From: a virus
Lineage: Duplodnaviria > Caudoviricetes
Length of the DNA: 29,767 nt
Strand: one strand, 5' to 3'
Virus record (IMG/VR): IMGVR_UViG_3300034061_001266
Location: 1-29,767 of that record
In this document: positions 8,995 to 17,002 of the stretch, in pieces
How the letters are laid out: every line of letters begins with the position of its first letter
How positions within the stretch are numbered: the first letter of the stretch is position 1
The notes under the pieces: generated by a model
Told to the model about the DNA's origin: nothing
The model's input: only the letters and a program-made list of their open reading frames with translations
The model's database searches: none
Made by a program: the position numbers and the translations under genes

Positions 8995-9915
8995 ATGCGT
9001 AAATTAAAATTCGACTTACAAATCGACCCAACTGCTTTATTAGCAGCAAACCCTGAGGCATTCTATTCTCAAGCTTACTTGAGCGAAGACACTGCTGACA
9101 ACTACAGAACTCTTCCTGGAGTTAAGTACAAAACTAAATTAGCAACTGTTACTTTCGGTAACATCTTACAACCATCTAGCTGTTCTTTCTCAGCTCCTAA
9201 TGATGATTTAGATGCGAAAGAGATTGACGTTTGTGCATTGTCTGCAATGGCTCAAATTTGTCAGTTTGACCTTGAGCAATCTTTCTTATCTCTTCAAATG
9301 AGCAAAGGATCTAACGGAGATTTCTCTGTTGCATCTTTCATGAGCTTCTATTGGGGTGAGATGGCTAACAAAATCAACGGAGACATCGAGTTAATCAGAT
9401 GGCAAGGTGATACAACTTCATTAAACCCTACACTTGCTTTGTGTGATGGTTATGAAAAAGTATTAGGTCTTGATGTGAACGTTATCAATCCTGCTACTGC
9501 TCCTGCAATCGCTAACTTTGCTGCATTAGAGCTTGCTTTATCTGCTGCTTTATCTGCACTTCCTGCTACTATTGCTACTCGTACATCTGACTTGCGTATC
9601 TTTATGCCTACTCAGTTAGTTAATATGTACCGATTAGGAGTAGCTTCAGGTAACACTCAAGCATACATTACTCAAGATTTATCTTTGACTTACTTAGGTA
9701 TCAAAATAGTTATCTGCCCGGGAATGAGCAATAACAAATTTGTTATCACTTTGAAAGACAACCTTATCTACGCATTCGATGCTGAGGGTGATAGCTCTGA
9801 TTTGCGTGCAGTTAACTTAGCTGATACTGTAGCTGAGCCTTACATCAGAACTCGTGCTAACATGAAAGTTGGTTTCAACTTCGTGAACCCATCTGATATC
9901 TATTTCTACAATTAA
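8995..9915 (+). CDS. Major capsid protein
   Basis: 306 aa, follows the protease-scaffold. Codon usage looks like a highly expressed gene (GCT, ACT, TTA, CGT). Followed by a hairpin. Confidence 0.8.
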   Translation: MRKLKFDLQIDPTALLAANPEAFYSQAYLSEDTADNYRTLPGVKYKTKLATVTFGNILQPSSCSFSAPNDDLDAKEIDVCALSAMAQICQFDLEQSFLSLQMSKGSNGDFSVASFMSFYWGEMANKINGDIELIRWQGDTTSLNPTLALCDGYEKVLGLDVNVINPATAPAIANFAALELALSAALSALPATIATRTSDLRIFMPTQLVNMYRLGVASGNTQAYITQDLSLTYLGIKIVICPGMSNNKFVITLKDNLIYAFDAEGDSSDLRAVNLADTVAEPYIRTRANMKVGFNFVNPSDIYFYN

Positions 9916-9926
9916 TAAATAACCAT

Positions 9927-9951
9927 GAGCCCTCAGTGATGGGGGCTCTTT
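9927..9951 (+). terminator. Hairpin/weak intrinsic terminator after capsid gene
   Basis: GAGCCCTCA-GTGA-TGGGGGCTC-TTT: 9-bp stem, GNRA loop, short U tract. Confidence 0.7.
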
Positions 9952-9965
9952 AATACTTTAACACA

Positions 9966-10499
9966 ATGGCTTGTCAAGCATTAGAAGCAATCGTAAAAGG
10001 TTGCGAAAATAATAGTGGTGGTATTTATGGTATTTGGATTAACCAACAAGATGAGATTTTGTCTATCACTCCTGCAGACCCATCAGCGGGTGCGGGTTGG
10101 ACAATAACAGCAATCACTCTTCAGGCTCCTCCTGTACTATTTGAAAACTACTATGTTCGTCGCAACACATCTAACTATACAGAGGACTCAACCATTGACC
10201 TAGTAAATGGTAGCTCTTTTGTGACTCAAACAATCAACTTAGTATTTCATAGACGTGAGGCTGCCAAGTCTCGTGCTATCAAAATTCTAGGTGCAGGACA
10301 ACAGTACTTAGTAGCTATCGTACTTGATGCTAACGGTAAGTATTGGTACTTCCCATACTTACAGGTATCTGCAACTGCTGAGGGCTCAGGAACAGCTCGT
10401 GCGGATGGCTCTAAATATGCAGTTACTTTGGTAGCTGAAAATGAGTACCTAGCATATGAGGTAGATCCTGCTATCGTATCAGCATTACTTGCTCCTTAA
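9966..10499 (+). CDS. Putative major tail tube protein
   Basis: 177 aa, highly expressed codon style, beta-rich. Pattern C..GGI...D.NG.YW...G.A.ADG..Y.VTL resembles Bacteroidota phage tail tube proteins. Confidence 0.6.
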   Translation: MACQALEAIVKGCENNSGGIYGIWINQQDEILSITPADPSAGAGWTITAITLQAPPVLFENYYVRRNTSNYTEDSTIDLVNGSSFVTQTINLVFHRREAAKSRAIKILGAGQQYLVAIVLDANGKYWYFPYLQVSATAEGSGTARADGSKYAVTLVAENEYLAYEVDPAIVSALLAP

Positions 10500-10519
10500 A
10501 ATCCTGCCTCTCTATATTG

Positions 10520-10548
10520 AAGCCCTGCCACATGGTGGGGCTTTTTTT
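10520..10548 (+). terminator. Intrinsic terminator
   Basis: AAGCCCTGCCA-CA-TGGTGGGGCTT followed by a T tract. Confidence 0.85.
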
Positions 10549-10551
10549 ATG

Positions 10552-10581
10552 AACATTTGACAAACCTAAATTAATATAGGT
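10552..10581 (+). promoter_or_regulatory. Putative phage late promoter (AACA-N16-TAATATAGGT) abutting GTG 10582
   Basis: AACA at 10552-10555, TAATATAGGT at 10572-10581, directly after a terminator. Confidence 0.82.
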
Positions 10582-10932
10582 GTGATATACTTAGATCAAG
10601 GTGTTATTAATCAGTTTGTACTGACCCTCTCAGAGGTCACTACGGTTACTACACCGCACTACTTATTTGTGTTCACCAATGAAATGAATACCACAAGCAC
10701 ACCACAGCTCTTTACATCTGTTGATACAAGTGCTTACCCTGAAAGATACAACCTGTTTACTCTTGATGAGCCTACAGATATTGCACTCTTAAAGGGTCAG
10801 TACACATACCAGGTATATGAGAGCTCAACTGCATTCGTTTTGCCCCTTACAATAGCACAAACTACAGGAGTAGTTATTGAAGAGGGTAGAATGGTAGTAA
10901 GTGGTCCTGCAGGTACATCAATATACGATTAA
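10582..10932 (+). CDS. Hypothetical virion protein
   Basis: 116 aa beta-rich ORF with GTG start, first gene of the portal operon. Confidence 0.6.
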   Translation: MIYLDQGVINQFVLTLSEVTTVTTPHYLFVFTNEMNTTSTPQLFTSVDTSAYPERYNLFTLDEPTDIALLKGQYTYQVYESSTAFVLPLTIAQTTGVVIEEGRMVVSGPAGTSIYD

Positions 10933-10935
10933 AAT

Positions 10936-12231
10936 ATGGCTTGGTACGAAAGACTATTTAACAGCAAACCAAAAGGCCCCGAAATGGTGGAGGGCTATCA
11001 ATCATTTAGCACCCCATTCCTACCGGTAGGAAGAGGCAACTTGACACTGCCTTACATCAATGGTAGATATGTTCAGGAGTCATGGGTTAGATTTGGTGAG
11101 GGCAACCTTTATCCTGAAATGTTGAATCAAATGTACTACAGCTCACCCCTACACGGAGCCATTGTGGACTTTAAGACCAATGCTGTGATTGGTGGAGGTT
11201 TCAACCTTACTACCGACAAGCTAACACCACAAGAAAAGCTAGAGATGTTTAGCTTTGAGAAAAAAGCTAACTTAAAGCACACCGTTAAGGCAGTTACAAA
11301 GCAGTTAATCATCCACAATCGTGTATATTTCAAGCTGTATTTTGGTGAAAAAAAGAAACTAATCAAGATTGAGAATGTTAGCCCTGAGAAAGTAAGGGTA
11401 TCACCATGCAAAAGATACTATTATTTGTCAGATGATTGGAGTACCAGGATAGATACGGAGGTTATTAAGCCTTACCACATCACCTGTACGGATGAAATTC
11501 AGCTATATTGCTACGAGGTCAAGTCAGTTGGACAGGATTATTACCCACTACCTACCTATACGAGTGCATTAAACTTTGCTTTTTTGAGTGGTGAGCTATC
11601 TTACTTCGCAAAAAGTAACATTCAAAATAGTGTGTTCCCATCCTTTGCCATGATGTTCCCTAAACGACCACAGTCGGAAGAGGAAAAACACATGATCAAG
11701 GAAACCATTGACCGCCTCAAGGGTGCAGCCAATGCAGGTAAAGCTGTGGCATTTTTTGCTAACAGTGCGGACCAACTACCTAAGATTGAAAGCCTACCAA
11801 CTAATGCCAATGACAAGCTATTCCATGAGGCATCTGCACTGAATACGGAGCAGATTTGTTTCAGCCACACCATTGACCCTATCCTAATGGGTATCCGTAC
11901 CACAGGTAGCTTGGGTAATGGGTCCGATATCAAGCAGGCCTATGTGATATTTGAAAAGAATGTAGTGATGGAGCTACGTCAACAGGTAGTGACTATCTTT
12001 CAAGAGATACTGACCATTGCTCGCATCCCTGCTGAGTTCACAATCAATAACTTTCAAATTATTGGTGATGCTATTGTTGAGGTAGATGAAGAGACAGCAA
12101 AAGTTAAGGATGCATTAAACAACTTGAGTGATGCACTACTCGGTAAAGTACTTGAGAAAATGACTACCAATGAGATACGGGCTCTAGCCTCACTACCTCC
12201 AATTGATGAACCTACTAACCCTGCTCAGTAA
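10936..12231 (+). CDS. Portal protein
   Basis: 431 aa. Motifs SSPLHGAIV..K...V.G.G, LKG..NAGK and C-terminal MT.NEIR.L..LPPI, typical of portal proteins. Confidence 0.85.
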   Translation: MAWYERLFNSKPKGPEMVEGYQSFSTPFLPVGRGNLTLPYINGRYVQESWVRFGEGNLYPEMLNQMYYSSPLHGAIVDFKTNAVIGGGFNLTTDKLTPQEKLEMFSFEKKANLKHTVKAVTKQLIIHNRVYFKLYFGEKKKLIKIENVSPEKVRVSPCKRYYYLSDDWSTRIDTEVIKPYHITCTDEIQLYCYEVKSVGQDYYPLPTYTSALNFAFLSGELSYFAKSNIQNSVFPSFAMMFPKRPQSEEEKHMIKETIDRLKGAANAGKAVAFFANSADQLPKIESLPTNANDKLFHEASALNTEQICFSHTIDPILMGIRTTGSLGNGSDIKQAYVIFEKNVVMELRQQVVTIFQEILTIARIPAEFTINNFQIIGDAIVEVDEETAKVKDALNNLSDALLGKVLEKMTTNEIRALASLPPIDEPTNPAQ

Positions 12232-12797
12232 TGTTATATTTTATCACTGAAACCTACCTAAAAACAAACACACCCATTACAGCCAATGTGGATGTGACTG
12301 ATGTAACCCCATACATTGCTACACAATCAGCACTACGGATACAGCCTATCCTGGGCACTACGTTCTACAATCACATGTTGACTGCTTACAACAATCAAAC
12401 TCTTACACCGGATGAAATAGATCTAGTAGAGTTCATTCAACCTGTCATTGCATGGAGGAGTGCAGAGGATGCAGTATTTGGGTTGACCTATCAGCTAAAA
12501 AACAAAGGACTTCAAACTCAAAACGGAGATTATTCTGCAAGCGTATCCCGTTCAGAGGTGGCCTTTGGCATGGAGCACTATGCACAGAAAGCTAGTTTCT
12601 TTGAGCAACGTCTTATTAGATGGCTCCTAGCTAACCGCAACCTGTTCCCTATATTCATTGGTAGCACCAACATGGACACTGACCTTAGACCAATGTTTAA
12701 CCATTGCTCTTGCATTAATCAATATCAAACTACCTGCACAGGGATGTGTGGCAACTTCCTTGAGAACGGATATAACAACAGCATCCTAATCTTGTAA
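12231..12797 (+). CDS. Putative head-tail adaptor/connector
   Basis: 188 aa helical protein coupled (TAATG) to the portal; IQPILGT.FY motif. Confidence 0.55.
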   Translation: MLYFITETYLKTNTPITANVDVTDVTPYIATQSALRIQPILGTTFYNHMLTAYNNQTLTPDEIDLVEFIQPVIAWRSAEDAVFGLTYQLKNKGLQTQNGDYSASVSRSEVAFGMEHYAQKASFFEQRLIRWLLANRNLFPIFIGSTNMDTDLRPMFNHCSCINQYQTTCTGMCGNFLENGYNNSILIL

Positions 12798-13288
12798 TGA
12801 ACTCACAGCTCACCATACTACTCGCTACAATGAAAGCCAATTGGTTTAAGTTGTTAGCTGTTATCAGTACATTCCTAATGCCAATCTCAGGGCTATTGTT
12901 CCTTGTTGGGTTTGTCATTCTATTGGATACGATAACAGGAGTATGGAAGAGCATCAAACACAAGGTGCCAATCACAAGCAGAGGGCTATCTGCTATCATT
13001 AGTAAGATGTTATTGTATGAGGTAACCGTGATAATGTTCTACATGATAGACCAATTCATACTAAATAAAATTATTCTGCAGTTTTTTTCAGTGGAGCTCA
13101 TGCTTACCAAAGTGCTATCTCTTATCCTGGTATCAATTGAGGTCATGAGCATAAACGAAAACTACAAAGCAGTGAAAGGATTGGACCTATGGCAGGCAAT
13201 GAAGAACTTGTTTGCTAGAGCTAAGGATATTAAAAAAGAGGTCGATGAAATTAGACACGAGCAAGATATTACAGGAACGCCTATCTAA
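12797..13288 (+). CDS. Holin
   Basis: Several hydrophobic segments, DTITG.WK...S.GL...ISK motif, IE..SI.EN, charged C-terminus; directly upstream of the amidase. Confidence 0.8.
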   Translation: MNSQLTILLATMKANWFKLLAVISTFLMPISGLLFLVGFVILLDTITGVWKSIKHKVPITSRGLSAIISKMLLYEVTVIMFYMIDQFILNKIILQFFSVELMLTKVLSLILVSIEVMSINENYKAVKGLDLWQAMKNLFARAKDIKKEVDEIRHEQDITGTPI

Positions 13289-13892
13289 TAGTCAGTACTT
13301 CCATGAGGAGTCTGAGAAAAAACAAATCTATCTACACCACACTGCAGGCAATGGGAACCCCGTAGCTGTATCTAGGTGGTGGAATAGTAATGGGGATAGG
13401 ATTGCTACCGCATTTGTAGTGGGTGAGAAAGGATCTATTGTGCAGTGCTTTTCATCTAAGCATTGGGCCTACCATCTAGGCATAGATAGTCAAGACTTTT
13501 CTGCTCATGGACTCAAGTACCAAAACCTAAACAAGCTATCAGTAGGTATTGAGATATGCAATTGGGGTCCATTGAAGCTAAAGGATGGAAAGTACTACAA
13601 CTATGTCAAGGGAGTGGTGGACCCGTCAATGGTAACCACATTAGATACACCCTACAAGGGTAACAAGTATTGGTACAAATATACGGATGAGCAGATAGAA
13701 AGCACTCGCCAATTGGTGGAGTACCTGTGTGATACCTATGATATTCCCAAGGCATACCGGGCTGAGATATTTGCCATTGATAAAGAGGCATTCAAAGGTA
13801 CTGCAGGGATCTACACGCATAACAGTGTACGTAAAGATAAGGCAGATATTTACCCATGCCCTAGAATGATTAAGATGTTACAAAGCCTATGA
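13245..13892 (+). CDS. Endolysin, N-acetylmuramoyl-L-alanine amidase (Amidase_2)
   Basis: IYLHHTAG, SVGIEICNWG and YTHNSVRKDKADIYP zinc-amidase motifs. ATG 13245 is preferred over the TTG at 13212. Confidence 0.9.
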   Translation: MKLDTSKILQERLSNSQYFHEESEKKQIYLHHTAGNGNPVAVSRWWNSNGDRIATAFVVGEKGSIVQCFSSKHWAYHLGIDSQDFSAHGLKYQNLNKLSVGIEICNWGPLKLKDGKYYNYVKGVVDPSMVTTLDTPYKGNKYWYKYTDEQIESTRQLVEYLCDTYDIPKAYRAEIFAIDKEAFKGTAGIYTHNSVRKDKADIYPCPRMIKMLQSL

Positions 13893-14335
13893 GATATTTG
13901 ATACCTATACTCATCCTGTTATCCTGCTCCGCTCCTAAGCGTGCTCAATGGCACTACAAGAAAGCACTTAAGAATGGATTGCAAGTAGTCCAGGATAGTG
14001 ATACCATCCGCATAGCTACTGTGGACTCATTCCCAATAGTACACAATGACACTATCTTTTGGGAAAAGTTCATCGCGTATCGCGATACGGTAATAAAGTT
14101 CAATAACATCTATGTACCTAAGACTAGATGGCAAACAAGGATTGAGTACAAGGAACGGGTAAAGACCTTAAAGATTAAAGGTGATACACAATGGAAAACA
14201 GCCAAGGCTAAACAGGTAGTCAAGTATAAAATACTATGGTGGCCTGTTATTGTTTCGTTTATTCTAGGTATATTGCTCCGTTTTTTAATCCAAAAGGGGC
14301 TACTTGACAGGATTGCCCTGCTGTTTAAGCTATGA
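13889..14335 (+). CDS. Candidate unimolecular spanin (lipoprotein with C-terminal TM helix)
   Basis: Signal peptide and lipobox MRYLIPILILLS-C; TM segment ILWWPVIVSFILGILL near the C-terminus; follows the endolysin. Confidence 0.6.
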   Translation: MRYLIPILILLSCSAPKRAQWHYKKALKNGLQVVQDSDTIRIATVDSFPIVHNDTIFWEKFIAYRDTVIKFNNIYVPKTRWQTRIEYKERVKTLKIKGDTQWKTAKAKQVVKYKILWWPVIVSFILGILLRFLIQKGLLDRIALLFKL

Positions 14336-15108
14336 GAAAAAGACTATTTTACGATATTGAGACCTCTTTCAATGTCGGAGTATTCTGGAGAACAGGATAC
14401 AACCTAACCATTAACCCTGGGGATATCATTCATGAACGGGCTATCATCTGCATATGCTACAAATGGGAGGGTGAAGAGGAAATTCACAGCCTAACATGGA
14501 GCAAATCACAGAGTGATAAGAAAATGATTGAGGCATTTGTCAAAGTACTTCATGAAGCAGATGAGATTGTAGCACACAATGGTGATAGGTTTGACCTCAA
14601 ATGGATACGCACAAGAGCTTTATTCCATGGCATTGGTGTTATGCCATCCCCTAAGACAATAGACACGCTTAAATGGGCTAAAAGATACTTCAATTTTAAC
14701 AGCAATAAACTAGACTACATTGCTAAGCTACTCAAGGTAGGGGCCAAGATGGAAACAGGAGGCCTTGACCTGTGGAAAGATATAGTATTTCGCAAGGATC
14801 AAGAGGCACTTGATAAGATGGTTGAGTATTGCAAGATGGATGTGCAGGTCCTTGAGTCAGTATTTGAGAAACTCAACAGCTATGCCTTAGTAAATCATAA
14901 CTATGCAGTGCAATATGGTGGTGATAGATACGAATGTGCAGAATGTGGTGGCATTAATCACCGGTACAATAAGAAAGTAGTCACAGCTGCAGGAACAGTG
15001 CACCATTGGCTCCAATGTAGAGACTGCAAAAAGCATAACAAAGTAAATCACCTGGTGTTCACTAAGTATCAGGAGTATCTTTACACCCGTAAGAAAAACA
15101 TTTCATAA
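14332..15108 (+). CDS. DEDD/RNase H-like 3'-5' exonuclease (YprB/RNase_H_2-like) with C-terminal zinc ribbon
   Basis: ExoI FYDIET, ExoII HNGDRFD, ExoIII YCKMDV; CAECG...CRDC. Confidence 0.85.
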   Translation: MRKRLFYDIETSFNVGVFWRTGYNLTINPGDIIHERAIICICYKWEGEEEIHSLTWSKSQSDKKMIEAFVKVLHEADEIVAHNGDRFDLKWIRTRALFHGIGVMPSPKTIDTLKWAKRYFNFNSNKLDYIAKLLKVGAKMETGGLDLWKDIVFRKDQEALDKMVEYCKMDVQVLESVFEKLNSYALVNHNYAVQYGGDRYECAECGGINHRYNKKVVTAAGTVHHWLQCRDCKKHNKVNHLVFTKYQEYLYTRKKNIS

Positions 15109-15110
15109 GG

Positions 15111-15260
15111 TTATCCCATTATTTTTACTGAGATTATCCCCTTATAGCACCCATAAGTGCGGTAGTTTATCCCTTTTATTACCCATTATAATGTGAGTTT
15201 CACGTTATTACCCTGTTTTTATGTCATTTTCACCACAATTCTACACTTATAATGTGAGTT
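15111..15260 (+). repeat. Degenerate short direct-repeat array in the late/early intergenic region
   Basis: TTATCCC at 15111, 15134, 15167; TTATTACCC at 15176, 15205; TTATAATGTGAGTT at 15186, 15247. Confidence 0.75.
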
Positions 15261-15306
15261 CCTTATCTTAAATTTGTGCATAACTAAAAAAAAATGTGCA
15301 AAATAA

Positions 15307-15336
15307 TTTGCGGATATGAAACTTTTTATATCTTTG
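15307..15336 (+). promoter_or_regulatory. Early promoter, Bacteroidota housekeeping type (-33 TTTG / -7 TATCTTTG)
   Basis: TTTG at 15307-15310, 18-nt spacer, TATCTTTG at 15329-15336, then A-rich leader and ATG 15364. Confidence 0.8.
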
Positions 15337-15363
15337 TCAAGTATTAACACTTAAAAATTATTT

Positions 15364-15531
15364 ATGAAACAGTTTGAAAGAGCCCTTGACTTTATCAAGA
15401 CCAACCAAAACAACGCAGAAACACTTGCTTTATTCTTAGAGCAACTGCTTGTAGAAGCTACTGAGGAAATGACCCAGACAGCATTAGATAACACTGAAGA
15501 TTTTTTAGACATCCTAAACGTAAACAAATGA
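15364..15531 (+). CDS. Small acidic early protein (55 aa)
   Basis: Read manually: MKQFERALDFIKTNQNNAETLALFLEQLLVEATEEMTQTALDNTEDFLDILNVNK. ATGA overlap with the next ORF. Confidence 0.75.
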   Translation: MKQFERALDFIKTNQNNAETLALFLEQLLVEATEEMTQTALDNTEDFLDILNVNK

Positions 15532-15626
15532 AAAAAGAACTATTAAATGTAGTAGCAAGTTTTGCTGTGGTCGTGGGTACCATGGTAGCAATGTATCACA
15601 CTTTAATCTTAATGATATGCAAGTAA
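15528..15626 (+). CDS. Small single-TM early protein (32 aa)
   Basis: Read manually: MKKELLNVVASFAVVVGTMVAMYHTLILMICK. Confidence 0.6.
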   Translation: MKKELLNVVASFAVVVGTMVAMYHTLILMICK

Positions 15627-15907
15627 GTATAGAAAATAACAGAGCATATTTTGACTTTGATGAGGTTCATGGGAATTGTGAGTTCAAGATCACTAACATT
15701 ACGGATGAGGACTATGAGGTGGAGCTGAGTGAAATACAAGCCACTCAAGTTATTGGTGAGGTGGAGCTTGACTACATCCTTAATGACATGCAACTTGACC
15801 AACTCAATGAGGAGATTATTTGGTGCATCCAGGATACTAACATGGTTAGAGATATGCAGGACTTTGAGAATTACTTTGATGAGGATGAATGGAGGTATAA
15901 TGCATAG
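15617..15907 (+). CDS. Highly acidic early protein
   Basis: 96 aa with about 26 D/E versus 4 K/R by manual count. Confidence 0.75.
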   Translation: MQVSIENNRAYFDFDEVHGNCEFKITNITDEDYEVELSEIQATQVIGEVELDYILNDMQLDQLNEEIIWCIQDTNMVRDMQDFENYFDEDEWRYNA

Positions 15908-16145
15908 AGACCTCACAGAGATGGCGAGATGGTGGACCAAGCAGTCATTTGCAGGAGACAAGGGAGGCTCCTTTAATACCTCCCTATATTTAGAATACTT
16001 AAAATGTAAAAACTCATGTACAGATTACTCTACTATTATGACTCAAGGCTCGCAGAGAGCTATGACTTCCCTACCAAAGCCTTGTGTCATTGGAAAGTCA
16101 ACCAATTCAGGGCAGCAGGAACTCATATTTACGGACACTTTGTAA
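15900..16145 (+). CDS. Hypothetical protein
   Basis: ATG 15900 (MHRDLTEMARWW...) overlaps the previous stop. Its C-terminal half overlaps the ORF at 16016. Confidence 0.45.
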   Translation: MHRDLTEMARWWTKQSFAGDKGGSFNTSLYLEYLKCKNSCTDYSTIMTQGSQRAMTSLPKPCVIGKSTNSGQQELIFTDTL

Positions 16146-16177
16146 TTACCAAGATATGCGACAGGATAAAATACTAG
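16016..16177 (+). CDS. Small hypothetical protein (53 aa)
   Basis: Read manually: MYRLLYYYDSRLAESYDFPTKALCHWKVNQFRAAGTHIYGHFVITKICDRIKY. A-rich leader TAAAAACTC. Confidence 0.55.
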   Translation: MYRLLYYYDSRLAESYDFPTKALCHWKVNQFRAAGTHIYGHFVITKICDRIKY

Positions 16178-16770
16178 AAATACTCTACCCATACATCCCT
16201 GCTCAAGTACTTGGAGACTATCTTGGGTTGACTGTATCTCAGGTGTACAACAGAACGTACAAAAGAGGTATTAAGAAAGACCCAAAGATAAAGAAAGAGA
16301 TTAACCGGTCTTTGATATTAAACGCAGGTAAGCACACAAGATTTGAGAAAGGCAATAAGTCATGGAACGAGGGCAAAAAATGTCCTAATTTACTCCTTAC
16401 CAATGCAGCCAAGACCATGTTTAAGCCTGGTAATAAGCCTCACAATACTAAAGAGGACAATGCCATGAGCATACGCAAAGATACTAGCGGTAGATTGTAC
16501 TACTACAGTAAGCTTGCAGATAGCAAATGGGTGCTCACTCATAGATTGATGTGGGAGCAGGCCAATGGACCCATCCCAGCTAAACACATTGTACGGTTTA
16601 TTGATGGCAACACCATGAACTTACAGATATCTAACCTTGAGTGCATCCCAATGAGTGAGAATGCCAACCGTAACACACTACACAGGTTCCCTGATGACCT
16701 AAAAAAACTAATCAGACTAAAAGCTAAATTAAACAAAACAATAAAAAACAAACAAAATGGCGAGAAATAA
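16156..16770 (+). CDS. HNH endonuclease-family protein (HNH_3-like) with N-terminal HTH-like region
   Basis: HRLMWEQANGPIP..HIVRFIDGN..N...SNLE motif and F.KG..P.N-type repeats. ATG 16156 is the preferred start. Confidence 0.85.
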   Translation: MRQDKILEILYPYIPAQVLGDYLGLTVSQVYNRTYKRGIKKDPKIKKEINRSLILNAGKHTRFEKGNKSWNEGKKCPNLLLTNAAKTMFKPGNKPHNTKEDNAMSIRKDTSGRLYYYSKLADSKWVLTHRLMWEQANGPIPAKHIVRFIDGNTMNLQISNLECIPMSENANRNTLHRFPDDLKKLIRLKAKLNKTIKNKQNGEK

Positions 16771-17002
16771 AATGAATGACTTGAGAGACCACTTATTTGC
16801 AGCTCTTGAGAGATTGGACAATGATGAACTGAATGCGGATGATCTACAAAAAGAGATTGAAAAAGCACAGGCAATCAGTGGCCTAGGTAATGTTATTATA
16901 AATTCAGCTAAGATTGAGGTGGACTTCATGAAAGCAACAGGAATGATAAGCACTACCTCGGACTTATTCAAAGGAGTTAATGACCCTAAAAGATTGGAAT
17001 GA
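16757..17002 (+). CDS. Hypothetical helical protein paired with HNH gene
   Basis: 81 aa, N...DLRDHLFAALERL...IINSAK.E.D. Confidence 0.7.
   Translation: MARNKMNDLRDHLFAALERLDNDELNADDLQKEIEKAQAISGLGNVIINSAKIEVDFMKATGMISTTSDLFKGVNDPKRLE

Noticed and set aside
15111-15260. CRISPR mini-array
   Set aside because: Repeats are short, degenerate and irregularly spaced, with no repeat-spacer alternation and no cas genes.
15962-15984. GGGAGG...CCTCCC hairpin as terminator
   Set aside because: Only a 6-bp stem with an 11-nt loop, no U tract, and it lies inside an ORF.
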